Counted from the first letter of the stretch, positions 49,660-60,009 are shown. The stretch is DNA of 64,000 bases from Candidatus Woesebacteria bacterium (GCA_016700095.1 CP065002.1:112463-176462), one strand, 5' to 3'. The notes: a model not told the origin generated them from the letters alone. Translations and numbers: made by a program.

Positions 49660-49713
49660 TAAACTTCTTATGCTATACCTTGTAGTTAATATGCGTAAGT
49701 TTTATCATGAGAT

Positions 49714-50763
49714 ATGAGCCTTATTGCGAGTAAACAAATAAATGCACAAGGAAAGCTTGCGTTTCTTCGTGTAGATTTGGATGAAGACAATTTTGACAAT
49801 CCAAGAATAAAAGTCGCCCTCCAGGTTTCAAAAGAATTACTAAAACAAAATCCCAAAAAATTGGTAATTTGCGGACACAGAGGACGACCAAAGGGAAAAG
49901 TCGATAAGCTGTCAATGTCTATTTTCAAAGCGTTTTTTGAGAATGAAATGAAAAGACATGTAGAATTTATCACCTACGAAGATTTTCCGTTTGGTAATAA
50001 ATTCAGCTCGTCAGATCACCAAGTTTTTTTAATGGAAAACTTAAGATTTTGGGAAGGAGAAACCGGTAATGCAAGTGAGTTTGTGGACAATCTATACAGT
50101 TATTTTAGCCCTGAAATATACATCAATGAAGCATTTGCCAGTAGTCATAGAGAGCATGCATCTATCTTTGGTTTGCCTAAACTTATTAAAACCAAAGGCG
50201 GTCAAATTGTTTTTGGAGAAAGATTCATAAAAGAGATTGAAATGCTGGAAAAGGTATTAAACGATTCATCTAAACCGTCGCGTGTTTATATCAGCGGTAT
50301 CAAGGAAGATAAACTAAAATACATTGATGCTTTTAAGGATAAGTTTGATGAAGTGTTGGTTGCAGGTCGGCTTCCCGATTTGATGGGAGAAATAGACAAA
50401 GACCCGATTACGCAAAGGCTAATTAATTCAAACGTTGTTGTGGCAAATCTTAATCAAGATAAAGAAGATATCACAATTAGATCAATTGAAATTTTTGAAG
50501 AAGCAGCCAAAGGGGCAAAGACAATTATTGTCTCAGGCCCGATTGGAAAATTCGAGGATGAAGGTCAAAGATTGGGAACAAAGAGAGTGTTTACGGCAAT
50601 TGCCAATTCTAATGCTTATAAGATAGCAGGGGGTGGAGATACCGAAGAAGCAATTAAATATTTTAAACTGGAAAACAAATTTGATTGGATTAGTACAGGT
50701 GGAGGAGCAATGCTTTATTATTTGGAGAATAAGACAATGCCGGGAATTGATGTAAGTCTTTAA
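49714..50763 (+). CDS. pgk: Phosphoglycerate kinase
   Basis: LRVDLD N-terminal motif; C-terminal WISTGGGAMLYYLE. Confidence 0.9.
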   Translation: MSLIASKQINAQGKLAFLRVDLDEDNFDNPRIKVALQVSKELLKQNPKKLVICGHRGRPKGKVDKLSMSIFKAFFENEMKRHVEFITYEDFPFGNKFSSSDHQVFLMENLRFWEGETGNASEFVDNLYSYFSPEIYINEAFASSHREHASIFGLPKLIKTKGGQIVFGERFIKEIEMLEKVLNDSSKPSRVYISGIKEDKLKYIDAFKDKFDEVLVAGRLPDLMGEIDKDPITQRLINSNVVVANLNQDKEDITIRSIEIFEEAAKGAKTIIVSGPIGKFEDEGQRLGTKRVFTAIANSNAYKIAGGGDTEEAIKYFKLENKFDWISTGGGAMLYYLENKTMPGIDVSL

Positions 50764-51048
50764 TTGTCTGAATGTCTAATGGGATCCGTTTCTATGTCAC
50801 CAGTTATGAAAGATCCATCGTTGCCAATTCCTGTGGCATCTTCCTTGTCATAATTATGACCTGTTTCATCTTCTAGAGGCGGGTTCGTATTATCATCGTA
50901 CTCGTCCTTTCTGTCAGGTGGATCATTTTCAATAGTAAAATACATTTTAGAGTAATACTATAACACACACTTGATAAGGTGGGGCGCGTCTACTAGACTG
51001 AATATATGACCCTAATGCTACTAACGTGGGTGTCGTGGGTTATAAATT

Positions 51049-51180
51049 ATGATTAGAGTTGCTATTAATGGTTACGGAAGAATAGGAAGACTTGCCTTTC
51101 GTGTAATTGCCAAAAGTCACGAAAGCGAAATAGAATTGGTTGCAATTAACACATCAGGTAGTATGAATACCGCTGGTTGA
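51049..51180 (+). pseudogene. Fragment of gap (GAPDH N-terminus), a partial duplicate of 51860-52070 with TGG changed to TGA
   Basis: MIRVAINGYGRIGRLAFRVIAKSHESEIELVAINTSGSMNTAG* against MIRVAINGYGRIGRLAFRVIAKAHESELELVAINTSGSMNTAGW... of the intact gap. About 82% nucleotide identity over about 210 bp (51049-51260); differences are mostly synonymous. Confidence 0.8.
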
Positions 51181-51308
51181 GCGTATTTAACGAATTACGA
51201 TAGTTCATATGGAAAGTTTGAAACGGTTATTAGGTCTGAAGAAATTTCAGATCCTAAGGATGTAACTGCAAACTCAGGTGAGAATACTATTGGAGTAGAA
51301 GTGCAACA

Positions 51309-51776
51309 ATGAACAAGGTAAATAACTATGAAAAGTTGAGAGATTTTATACAGAAACCTTCGATTGGGACTTTGATCCTTTGGTTGAACAAGTCCTTTAG
51401 AAAGTTGTGGAAGTGGTGGATTGTTTTGTTAATTATCATGTTCGCTGTTCCTTGTGTGAAATATCGCATCCCATTGGATCCAGCAATGGACAAGGAAGTG
51501 ATGCATAGTTTTCAAAACTATTTTGAACCATGCTCGAATGTCAATTTATGGAAGACTTATATTAATTTTGGTTATACATTAATTATTCCAGTAGTTTTAC
51601 CTTTACTTATAGTTGTAAGCTACATTTATCACAGGAGAGGGCAAAGATCTGAGATATATGATAATCTCCTTTCTTGGTTTGGTATTATTGCTTTACTAAC
51701 CTTTTCATATCCAATAGCTGGTTTAATTTTCGACTTCATGTTGATTCCTGTAGGAATATATTTCAATTTCATTTAA
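51309..51776 (+). CDS. Hypothetical membrane protein (4 TM), inserted between the gap fragment and gap
   Basis: 155-aa ORF with a hydrophobic profile. Confidence 0.5.
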   Translation: MNKVNNYEKLRDFIQKPSIGTLILWLNKSFRKLWKWWIVLLIIMFAVPCVKYRIPLDPAMDKEVMHSFQNYFEPCSNVNLWKTYINFGYTLIIPVVLPLLIVVSYIYHRRGQRSEIYDNLLSWFGIIALLTFSYPIAGLIFDFMLIPVGIYFNFI

Positions 51777-51859
51777 TGTCTTTACCTTTACAACCTGCCT
51801 TGATAGACTGAATATAGATCTACGTTGCTGCAATCTAAGCTTGTAGTAAAACAATAATT

Positions 51860-52969
51860 ATGATTAGAGTTGCTATTAATGGTTACGGAAGAATCGGAAG
51901 ACTTGCTTTTCGCGTGATTGCCAAAGCCCACGAGAGTGAACTGGAATTAGTCGCGATAAACACCTCTGGTAGCATGAATACTGCCGGTTGGGCATATTTG
52001 ACTAATTACGATACTTCGTACGGAAAATTTGAAACTGTAATTAGATCGGAAGAAACAAAAGACCTCAAAGAGGCAACAGATGATAATCCCGAAATTGGCA
52101 ACTTTCTATATCACGACAAAAAGGTTCCCGTTTTGGCACAAAAAGACCCCGAGAAACTTCCTTGGAAAAAGTACAACGTCGATGTTGTGATTGAAGCAAC
52201 CGGTGCATTTACCACACAAGAAGGTGCACATAAACACGCGATAGCGGGAGCAAGAAGGGTAGTAATTTCTGCTCCGAGTAAAGGTGAAAATGTGGGAACG
52301 TATGTGATTGGTGTCAATGAAGTAAAAGGGAATCCGGAAGTAATTTCAAATGCGAGTTGTACAACAAATTGCGTTGCACCTGTTGCGTCGGTTCTTCATT
52401 CTGCATTTGGGATTGAGAAGGCATTAATGACGACAATTCATGGTTACACCGATGATCAAAGATTAAAAGATAACTCGCATAAAGACTTGCGACGAGCTAG
52501 AGCCGCTGCCGAAAATATTATCCCGGCATCAACGGGAGCGGCTATTGCTACAACCGAGACAATTCCTGAGCTGAAAGGTTTGTTTGATGGCATGTCACTA
52601 AGAGTTCCGGTTGCCACAGGTTCAATAACAGACTTTACAATACTTCTTAAAAGAAATGTCACCAAAGAAGAAGTAAACGAAGCTCTCAAAAATGCAGCTG
52701 AAAACAATGCAATATACAAAGGAATTCTGGCAGTTACCGAGGAGCCGTTGGTTTCTTCTGACATTATTGGAAGGACGGAAAGTGCAATTGTTGATTTACC
52801 GCTAACGCAAGTGGTTGCCGGCAATTTAGTAAAAGTTTTTGCCTGGTATGATAATGAGTGGGGATATACCAATAGATTGGTGGAACAAGTAGTAAGAGTT
52901 GGTCATACATTAGGATCTGAAATTGCCCCCAGTGATCCGATTTCCCTTTCCCACCAAATGGAAAGCTAA
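51860..52969 (+). CDS. gap: Glyceraldehyde-3-phosphate dehydrogenase
   Basis: INGYGRIGR NAD-binding motif; catalytic ASCTTNCVAP. Confidence 0.95.
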   Translation: MIRVAINGYGRIGRLAFRVIAKAHESELELVAINTSGSMNTAGWAYLTNYDTSYGKFETVIRSEETKDLKEATDDNPEIGNFLYHDKKVPVLAQKDPEKLPWKKYNVDVVIEATGAFTTQEGAHKHAIAGARRVVISAPSKGENVGTYVIGVNEVKGNPEVISNASCTTNCVAPVASVLHSAFGIEKALMTTIHGYTDDQRLKDNSHKDLRRARAAAENIIPASTGAAIATTETIPELKGLFDGMSLRVPVATGSITDFTILLKRNVTKEEVNEALKNAAENNAIYKGILAVTEEPLVSSDIIGRTESAIVDLPLTQVVAGNLVKVFAWYDNEWGYTNRLVEQVVRVGHTLGSEIAPSDPISLSHQMES

Positions 52970-53016
52970 TGATTTAAGTGACTTTGGTTGGCTTATTTAA
53001 TTAAAAGAATTTTGAA

Positions 53017-53661
53017 ATGATAATAATACCCTCGATTCTTACAGGAAAGTTAGACGAATTTGAAAGCTTAATGCAGGTTGCACGAAGTTCAAAAGGAATT
53101 CATATAGATTTTATTGACGGAGTTTATGCGGACAACACAACAATCACACCCACAGAAATTGATCTAACTAAATACGATAACAGATTCTTTGATGCGCATG
53201 TGCAGGTTGCCTCTGACAGTTTGGATAATTGGGTTGAGGAATCCATTAACGCTGGCTTTGACAGAATTATAACTCAGTACGAAAGTATAAATCAGTTTGA
53301 AAAGTACTTGGCAACAATAGCTCAAGCTGGGAAAATTGCCGGAATCGCTTTTGATCTTAATACTGACATACCTACAAATACAAATATTTATAAAAATATC
53401 CAAACGGTTTTGGTTATGAGTGTTAAAGCCGGATTTGGAGGTCAGAAGTTTGATAATTTGGCACTTAACAAAATTAGCTCCTTGGCAAAAATAAGAAAGG
53501 AAAATAATTTAAATTTTTCAATCGGTGTTGATGGGGGAGTTAACGAAGATAACATTAGAAATATTTTTCAAGCAGGAGCTGATGAAGTAGTAATTGGAAG
53601 ACGGTTGTTAAAAGGAGACTTTAACGCTAATATATTAAAATACGAAAAAGCATTAATCTAA
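53017..53661 (+). CDS. rpe: Ribulose-phosphate 3-epimerase-like (divergent)
   Basis: PSIL..., IHIDFIDG, MSVKAGFGGQKF, VDGGVN....AGADEVVIG blocks of the RPE barrel. Confidence 0.65.
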   Translation: MIIIPSILTGKLDEFESLMQVARSSKGIHIDFIDGVYADNTTITPTEIDLTKYDNRFFDAHVQVASDSLDNWVEESINAGFDRIITQYESINQFEKYLATIAQAGKIAGIAFDLNTDIPTNTNIYKNIQTVLVMSVKAGFGGQKFDNLALNKISSLAKIRKENNLNFSIGVDGGVNEDNIRNIFQAGADEVVIGRRLLKGDFNANILKYEKALI

Positions 53662-53666
53662 ATTAT

Positions 53667-54314
53667 ATGACAGATCAAACAATCGGCGGACATCAACCAA
53701 TCAATGCAAAGCTAATCAGGCAAGTTGCATATTTTGGATGGGCAGACACACAAAGGGAAGATCCGTTGTACGAAGAAGCCGTTGAATGTGCCAAATTTTT
53801 AACGCAAAAGGGATATGTTGCAATTAACGGCGGTGGGCCTGGTACCATGCGGGCAGTGACAGAAGGAGCTAAAGAAGCAGGAGGAACCGCAATTGGTGTT
53901 ACTTTTTATCCCAAAGATATTACTAATTTCGAAGGAAGGGACATGGAAAACAAATTTGACCAAGAAATTGTTACAGAAAATTATCTGGAAAGGACACTTA
54001 AACTTCTGGAACTTGGGGATATTTATGTAGTCTTCAATGGAGGAACAGGGACTGTTTCTGAATTTGGTATGACGTGGGCAATGGCAAAACTTTATTTTGG
54101 CCGTCACAAACCACTTATTTTGTACGGTAAATTTTGGCACAATATAGTAAATGCTTTCCGAGACAATATGCACGTTGGGGATATTGCCTTTAAAGTATTT
54201 AGAATTGTCGAAACTCCCGACGAAGCTTATGAAGCAATTTTGTATTTTGAAGAAATGCTTGCCAAAAACGAAAACCGAGTTTTTAATCCTCCCGAAAAGC
54301 CCTTCCAGCTGTAG
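53667..54314 (+). CDS. LOG-family / TIGR00730 Rossmann-fold protein
   Basis: VAINGGGPGTMRAV glycine-rich motif and a ..GGTGT.SE.. second motif. Confidence 0.6.
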   Translation: MTDQTIGGHQPINAKLIRQVAYFGWADTQREDPLYEEAVECAKFLTQKGYVAINGGGPGTMRAVTEGAKEAGGTAIGVTFYPKDITNFEGRDMENKFDQEIVTENYLERTLKLLELGDIYVVFNGGTGTVSEFGMTWAMAKLYFGRHKPLILYGKFWHNIVNAFRDNMHVGDIAFKVFRIVETPDEAYEAILYFEEMLAKNENRVFNPPEKPFQL

Positions 54315-54409
54315 AAACTTCGGTTTAATGATTTTGTCCTCTTCACTTTGAATTCTAATTAAACTAGCAATAGAGCAATCAAAATACTTTTGCTACACTG
54401 ATATAAAAG

Positions 54410-55252
54410 ATGACGATTGAAGAATTGGAAAAAGAAGCAAATAAAGCACGCATTGATCTAATTAACATGCTACTTACTGCCGGGTCTGGGCATTCTGCAG
54501 GGCCTTTGGGGACGGCTGATCTTTTTACGGCACTTTACTTTGCTATTTTAAATCACGATCCCGAAAAACCTGACTGGGAAGATAGGGATCGGTTGTTTTT
54601 GTCTTGTGGACATTACGCACCAATTCGCTACGTTGTAATGGCAAGAGCGGGATATTTTCCCAAGTCAGAACTTAAAACACTTAGAAAGCTTGGGTCAAAA
54701 CTCCAAGGACACCCCGAAAGAACTAAAATGCACTCGCTTGAAAGTACGTCGGGTCCTTTGGGTGAAGGCCTTGCCCAAGCAGCGGGGTATGCTTATGCGG
54801 CCAGGATGGATGGTAAAAGATACAGAGTTTATTGTGTTACAAGTGACGGTGAACATAATGCCGGCAATCACTGGGAAGCGGTACTTTTTGCTGGGAAAAA
54901 CAGAATGTCCAATTTAACTACTTTTATCGACCGAAATAATATTCAAATAGATGGATTTACAGAGGACGTGATGCCTCTTGAGCCTTTGGAAGAAAAATAC
55001 AGATCCTTTAATTGGCATACTCTGCATATTAACGGCCACAACATGGAAGAAATAATCGATGCAGTAAATCATGCAAGAGCAGTTTATGAAAAACCAACGG
55101 CAATTATTTGCCACACAATTCCGGGAAGAGGGGTAAGTTTTATGGAGAATAAATTTGAGTGGCATGGCAAACCGCCAAATAGTGAGGAAGCCCAAAAAGC
55201 GTTACATGATATTAGAACATTGGGAGGAAAGATTGTTAGTGAGCATGAGTGA
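54410..55252 (+). CDS. Transketolase, N-terminal (TPP-binding) subunit
   Basis: GHSAGPLG, SDGEHNAGNHWEA, ThDP-binding fold. Confidence 0.9.
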   Translation: MTIEELEKEANKARIDLINMLLTAGSGHSAGPLGTADLFTALYFAILNHDPEKPDWEDRDRLFLSCGHYAPIRYVVMARAGYFPKSELKTLRKLGSKLQGHPERTKMHSLESTSGPLGEGLAQAAGYAYAARMDGKRYRVYCVTSDGEHNAGNHWEAVLFAGKNRMSNLTTFIDRNNIQIDGFTEDVMPLEPLEEKYRSFNWHTLHINGHNMEEIIDAVNHARAVYEKPTAIICHTIPGRGVSFMENKFEWHGKPPNSEEAQKALHDIRTLGGKIVSEHE

Positions 55253-55298
55253 TGGACTATAAGTTAATGAAGCGAATTAGTTAATTGAGTATATTTGA

Positions 55299-55670
55299 AT
55301 GGTGGGAACTTTTAAAGATTTGATAATTTGGCAGAAGGGTTTGGAATTGTCTATGAAAGTAAGAAAACTAACATCTAGATATCCAATTGATGAGAGGTTT
55401 GGTTTGGTTGAACAAACCAATAGGTCATCAAATAGTGTGATTGCTAATATTGCCGAATCGAGTGGAAGATATCATTATTCTGATAAGATACGAGTGCTAT
55501 ATATCAGTAGGGGTGAATGCTTTGAAACTCAGAGTCATTTGTCTGTAGCATACAATCTGGGATATTTGGAAAAGTCGGATTATGACTTATTGGACATTGA
55601 ATACCAAGGTTTAGCAAAAGGGATTAATAGTTACATCCTTAGTATTAGAAAATCTAAATCAACCAATTAA
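55299..55670 (+). CDS. Four-helix-bundle protein (23S rRNA intervening-sequence protein family, TIGR02436)
   Basis: 123 aa; DLIIWQKGLEL...IANIAESSGRY..., typical of this family. Confidence 0.65.
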   Translation: MVGTFKDLIIWQKGLELSMKVRKLTSRYPIDERFGLVEQTNRSSNSVIANIAESSGRYHYSDKIRVLYISRGECFETQSHLSVAYNLGYLEKSDYDLLDIEYQGLAKGINSYILSIRKSKSTN

Positions 55671-55697
55671 CTAAAATTACTTGTTTACTGTATTTAT

Positions 55698-56693
55698 ATG
55701 TTAAACAAAAAATTAAAACTAAACGAAAGTGTATTTAACAAAGATGTTGAGAAATCGCCAACCAGAAATGGGTTTGGTGAGGGACTGGTTTTGGCTGGGG
55801 AAAAAGACGATAGGATTGTGGTTTTGTGTGCTGATCTTGCCGAAAGTACCAGGGCATCGGTTTTTAGAGATAAATATCCAAATAGGTTTATCGAAGTAGG
55901 TGTAGCCGAACAATTACTTGCGACACTTGGTGCAGGATTTGCCGCTTACGGAAAAATTCCTTTTATTGCCAGTTACGCGGCTTTTTCACCGGGAAGAAAT
56001 TGGGAACAAATAAGAACGGCAATAGCACTAAATGATGTTCCGGTTAAAATTGCCGGTTGTCATGCAGGGGTTTCGGTTGGAGAAGACGGGGCAACTCATC
56101 AAGCACTAGAAGATATCGCAACGATGCGTGTAATTCCGAATATGATCGTTGTCTATCCATGTGATGTTAATGAAGCAGTGAAAGTTACTTATGAAGCTGC
56201 ATTTAATTCAAAGCCGACATATATAAGATTTGCACGAGAGGCTACGCCGGTAATTACATCTAAAGATACTCCCTTCGAGATTGGAAAAGCGCAGGTTTTT
56301 TGGGAGAGCAAAAATCCGCAAGTAACGATAATTGCCGCAGGGCCTTTGGTATATGAAGCCCTAAGTGCAGCAAATAAATTAGATAAACTTGGAATTGAAA
56401 GCACGGTAATAAATTGTCACACCATAAAACCACTTGATACCGATACTATTTTGCAATCGGTTATGGCAACGGGGTGTGTTGTAACGGTTGAAGAGCACCA
56501 AATTGCAGGGGGCTTGGGTGGAGCGATAGCTGAAACACTTTCTCAAAATTATCCCGTACCAATGGAATTTATTGGTATGCATGACACCTTTGGAGAAAGC
56601 GGAAAACCGGATCAATTGCTAAAAAAATACGGCATGAAATCCGATGATATTGTGATTGCCGCCAAGAAGGTGATTAAAAGGAAAAACTCCTAA
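55698..56693 (+). CDS. Transketolase, C-terminal (pyrimidine-binding) subunit
   Basis: FIEVGVAEQ, ..THQ..ED.. transketolase central and C-terminal domains. Confidence 0.9.
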   Translation: MLNKKLKLNESVFNKDVEKSPTRNGFGEGLVLAGEKDDRIVVLCADLAESTRASVFRDKYPNRFIEVGVAEQLLATLGAGFAAYGKIPFIASYAAFSPGRNWEQIRTAIALNDVPVKIAGCHAGVSVGEDGATHQALEDIATMRVIPNMIVVYPCDVNEAVKVTYEAAFNSKPTYIRFAREATPVITSKDTPFEIGKAQVFWESKNPQVTIIAAGPLVYEALSAANKLDKLGIESTVINCHTIKPLDTDTILQSVMATGCVVTVEEHQIAGGLGGAIAETLSQNYPVPMEFIGMHDTFGESGKPDQLLKKYGMKSDDIVIAAKKVIKRKNS

Positions 56694-56770
56694 TCACACA
56701 ATGCTCCTATTGGACAACAGCATTTGCCAAGTTTGCAATCTGCGACATATTGACTGGCAAGACAGGCTAA

Positions 56771-57499
56771 CTACTGGTCAAACTTAATAGAAGCAAGTAT
56801 GTGATCGTAAGTATCGATCGCTTTTTTACTTATACCCGAACCTTCTTCACCACCGGGGTAAAGAATGAAGTTTATGTAGCTTCCGTTATTTATCACCGTT
56901 ATAATTCTCTCAGAAACAAAATATATATTATTGGCTCGAAGGGCATCTTTGCCGGCGATAACAAGTTCACTTTTGCTTTTCTCAAATTGCTGTATGCAGT
57001 TTGCAACCATATGGTCGGTGTCGAAGGTTATAGACGAACCCCTTAACGTTTCACAATAACTCTCCAAATAGAAATCTCCCAGGTTTTTATTTGAGATGGT
57101 TTGTACACTAACGTCGAGATAAAAATTATCATCGTAGTGTGACGGATCGGAGATAACTTCTCGCTTTAGATTAATATATGATCCGTCATTTTTTTCTTCG
57201 AGGACTAAATACTTGGGATATTCAAAGGAAAATCCATATCTGTCGTTGTAATAGTGAACATAGTCACCGTTTTGGGATGTTGCAGTTTGGGAAATTTCAG
57301 AATTACTTGAATCGTCTTGCCGAAAATTTATCCCCCAAAAAGTTGTGCAAGTTGATGGAATCATTTTCGTTGCAGAACTTCCCGGGAGTTTCATACAAGA
57401 TTGGTAATCGGTTGGATGAAGATAAACAATAGTTGATATGCCCACCACTACAAACACGATGATAATAACAACAATTTGAATGAAACCTTTGTTTGTCAT
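56771..57499 (-). CDS. Hypothetical membrane-anchored protein
   Basis: N-terminal TM; no domain recognised. Confidence 0.4.
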   Translation of the reverse strand: MTNKGFIQIVVIIIVFVVVGISTIVYLHPTDYQSCMKLPGSSATKMIPSTCTTFWGINFRQDDSSNSEISQTATSQNGDYVHYYNDRYGFSFEYPKYLVLEEKNDGSYINLKREVISDPSHYDDNFYLDVSVQTISNKNLGDFYLESYCETLRGSSITFDTDHMVANCIQQFEKSKSELVIAGKDALRANNIYFVSERIITVINNGSYINFILYPGGEEGSGISKKAIDTYDHILASIKFDQ

Positions 57500-58125
57500 T
57501 GTTTGGTAAAGTTAAACGTCGACAGAATTTGGCTTAACGTTACCGGAATACTTTTCTCAGATACACTTTCTTTCTCATTGTGGCGATATGTGATTGTAAT
57601 AATGTCGGTTGAGGTAGGCGACTGTGCAAGATGAATTTCCGTGACGAAATACGCAAGACTTGTCGGTTTATAGGTGTAGCGTATGCCTTGGTATTTGCCG
57701 ATATTGTACTTGTCGGTAACAAAGTTTGCTCTGTCTATCTCTTCCTGGGTTAACTTTGAGAGACCTCGTAGTTCGATAAACTGATCAAAAGTTAACTTTT
57801 CGTTGTCGCCCTGATTGCCATAAACACCACGCGTTATCTCGAATTTAGCAATTTTGCCTGAACCTTCTTCACCGTCATTGAGAGCTATTTCAATCCTTGC
57901 CGCTTGAGGAAGTTGCGTTGTGTGCCATTCACCAGGATACTTGAAAGAAATACCCAACTTGTCATCATTGTAATTTTTCCATGTTTTTTTATCCAAAGAT
58001 ACAATTTTTTGACTTTCGGGAATTGTTATTTTGCTTTTGATAAATAGATATGTTCCGGTACCAAGGAGGATGAACATTACAACAACCACTAGTAGAGCCG
58101 TGGTGTCAAGACCGTTTTTTTTCAT
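57496..58125 (-). CDS. Hypothetical membrane-anchored protein
   Basis: N-terminal TM; 4-bp overlap with the downstream gene, suggesting an operon. Confidence 0.4.
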   Translation of the reverse strand: MKKNGLDTTALLVVVVMFILLGTGTYLFIKSKITIPESQKIVSLDKKTWKNYNDDKLGISFKYPGEWHTTQLPQAARIEIALNDGEEGSGKIAKFEITRGVYGNQGDNEKLTFDQFIELRGLSKLTQEEIDRANFVTDKYNIGKYQGIRYTYKPTSLAYFVTEIHLAQSPTSTDIITITYRHNEKESVSEKSIPVTLSQILSTFNFTKQ

Positions 58126-58190
58126 AATACTTTACTTATTGTAAACACCCTCATGTCGAAAGGGTAGTGATAAGTTTGCCGTGGATATTG

Positions 58191-58772
58191 TCAATTATTT
58201 TTTATACAAGTTCCACCGGCATCTGGTTGATTGTCGACTATTACGCATGTAAATCCTTCGGGGCACGGATAGTTTGTACGTCCTCCGCAATTTATAATTT
58301 TGCTATCGGGTGAGTCTTGGTTAATTAGCGAATCCGGTTTGTAATCCGAATTGTCTATTTCATCGGTTATTATTCTTGTAAATATTAAATTATTTTTAGT
58401 CACGCATGTTTCCGGGTAGGTTTCCCGAATGATACTTCCTTTTTGGTTGACGCACTCATCAAAGTTGGTAACGATTATCTCACTTTTATTCTTTTGAAAT
58501 TCACAAAACACAATTACGGATATGCAAACGATTAGTACCAATATACTTGCAAGTGTAAGTAACCGTGATCGTGGAATTCGATGTTTACGCATAATCTTTA
58601 CCTTTCCACTTTTGGCTTTCTGTGTAATAATTTCCAACTCCCGCTCTGCACTAAAACCATCATTCTCTTTCCTGAATAGTAGCTTTACTCTTTTTGGGGT
58701 TTTTCCCCAACCTTGAAACAACCACGGAGATTTTACTCCCGAATGCATGAAGCTGGTAAACATATTTTTCAT
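58191..58772 (-). CDS. Hypothetical membrane-anchored Cys-rich protein
   Basis: TM helix then a Cys-rich ectodomain (CGGRTNYPCPEGFTCV..GGTC). Confidence 0.4.
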   Translation of the reverse strand: MKNMFTSFMHSGVKSPWLFQGWGKTPKRVKLLFRKENDGFSAERELEIITQKAKSGKVKIMRKHRIPRSRLLTLASILVLIVCISVIVFCEFQKNKSEIIVTNFDECVNQKGSIIRETYPETCVTKNNLIFTRIITDEIDNSDYKPDSLINQDSPDSKIINCGGRTNYPCPEGFTCVIVDNQPDAGGTCIKNN

Positions 58773-59022
58773 CGTACAACGACGACTCCAATAAATATTG
58801 ATATTATAAGGGTAATCATGAGCATTACGAGAGCTCCGATCATGGGATTATCCAATAGTTTCTTCAAATAAAGAAAAGAGTTTGTCGCTTTTTTGTTGTC
58901 TGCATAGGGTGGTTTAGGGACATCGTTTTGGGTCATATTTACAGTTTAGCAAATGGTTGCCACTTTAGCCATAAAAATGTTAGAGTGTCTAAGGAGACTA
59001 GCGGTTTTGCAAATTTATTAGT

Positions 59023-60009
59023 ATGAATAAATTAAGTATTTTTGGTTCGGCGAGAGTGGATGCATTTATGGAAATTCCCGATGGAAAAGCCAACAAAAAG
59101 TGTTCGCTTGATACCAAAAAATGTGTTATCGAATTAAGTTACGCCGCAAAAATTTCAATGAATAATGTAACATTTCTTGCAGGTGGAAATGGCGCTAATG
59201 TAGCAATTGGTGCAAAAAGGATGGGTGTAGAAAGCGCTTTGGTTGCGGAACTGGGCGAAGGGGCACTTGCAGATTACGTCAAGGAAGTGTTAAGTCACGA
59301 GATAACTTTGGACTATGTGACACAATCGGAAGGAGTCAATCAGGGATTTGGCGCGGTAATAGTATATCAGGGAGAACGGACAATACTTTCTTATTACGCA
59401 CCCAAACAGCCACCATTTCCTGATAATCTTGAAGTTTCCGATTGGGCGTATCTAACTTCTGTTGGAGAAAACTTCGAAGGCTTTTACGAGGACGTCTATA
59501 ACTGGTTAATGTCAACGGGCGCTAAGTTGGCGTTTAATCCGGGAGGTAGACAAATCGCCAAGGGAAAAAGCTGGCTTGCTAAATACCTATCTCGAACGCA
59601 AGTGGTATTCTCAAATAGAGAAGAAGCAGAAAAAATAGTGGGACTAGCAGAGTCACACGGAAAAGAAAAGGAATTGCTTGAAAAGTATCTGGCATTAGGA
59701 CCAACTACGGTTGTAATAACGGACGGAGAAGGGGGTAGTTATGCAGCGCATAATGGTAACTTCTACAAAGTCGGCGTAATTCCTGTTACCTCGGTTGAAA
59801 GAACTGGTGCCGGAGATGCATATAGTACAGGATTTTTGGCGGCTACGATAAATGGATTTGGTATCGAAGACAGTTTGTTGTGTGGTACGATTAATGCCGC
59901 AAGTGTTATTGGATTTATCGGCCCGCAACAAGGTTTACTTGATTTGACAAGTATTAACGAGAGATTAAATAAAGCTAAAGAAAGCGGTCTTAATGTTACA
60001 CAATTCTAG
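59023..60009 (+). CDS. PfkB-family carbohydrate kinase (ribokinase-like)
   Basis: GGNGANVA and TGAGDAYSTGF motifs. Confidence 0.8.
   Translation: MNKLSIFGSARVDAFMEIPDGKANKKCSLDTKKCVIELSYAAKISMNNVTFLAGGNGANVAIGAKRMGVESALVAELGEGALADYVKEVLSHEITLDYVTQSEGVNQGFGAVIVYQGERTILSYYAPKQPPFPDNLEVSDWAYLTSVGENFEGFYEDVYNWLMSTGAKLAFNPGGRQIAKGKSWLAKYLSRTQVVFSNREEAEKIVGLAESHGKEKELLEKYLALGPTTVVITDGEGGSYAAHNGNFYKVGVIPVTSVERTGAGDAYSTGFLAATINGFGIEDSLLCGTINAASVIGFIGPQQGLLDLTSINERLNKAKESGLNVTQF

Noticed and set aside
51178-51180. TGA at a conserved Trp position in the gap fragment, as possible evidence of TGA recoding (code 4/25)
   Set aside because: The intact gap uses TGG at that position, and many genes here (e.g. 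dnaG) terminate with TGA at the expected length, so TGA is a true stop. The fragment is a pseudogene.
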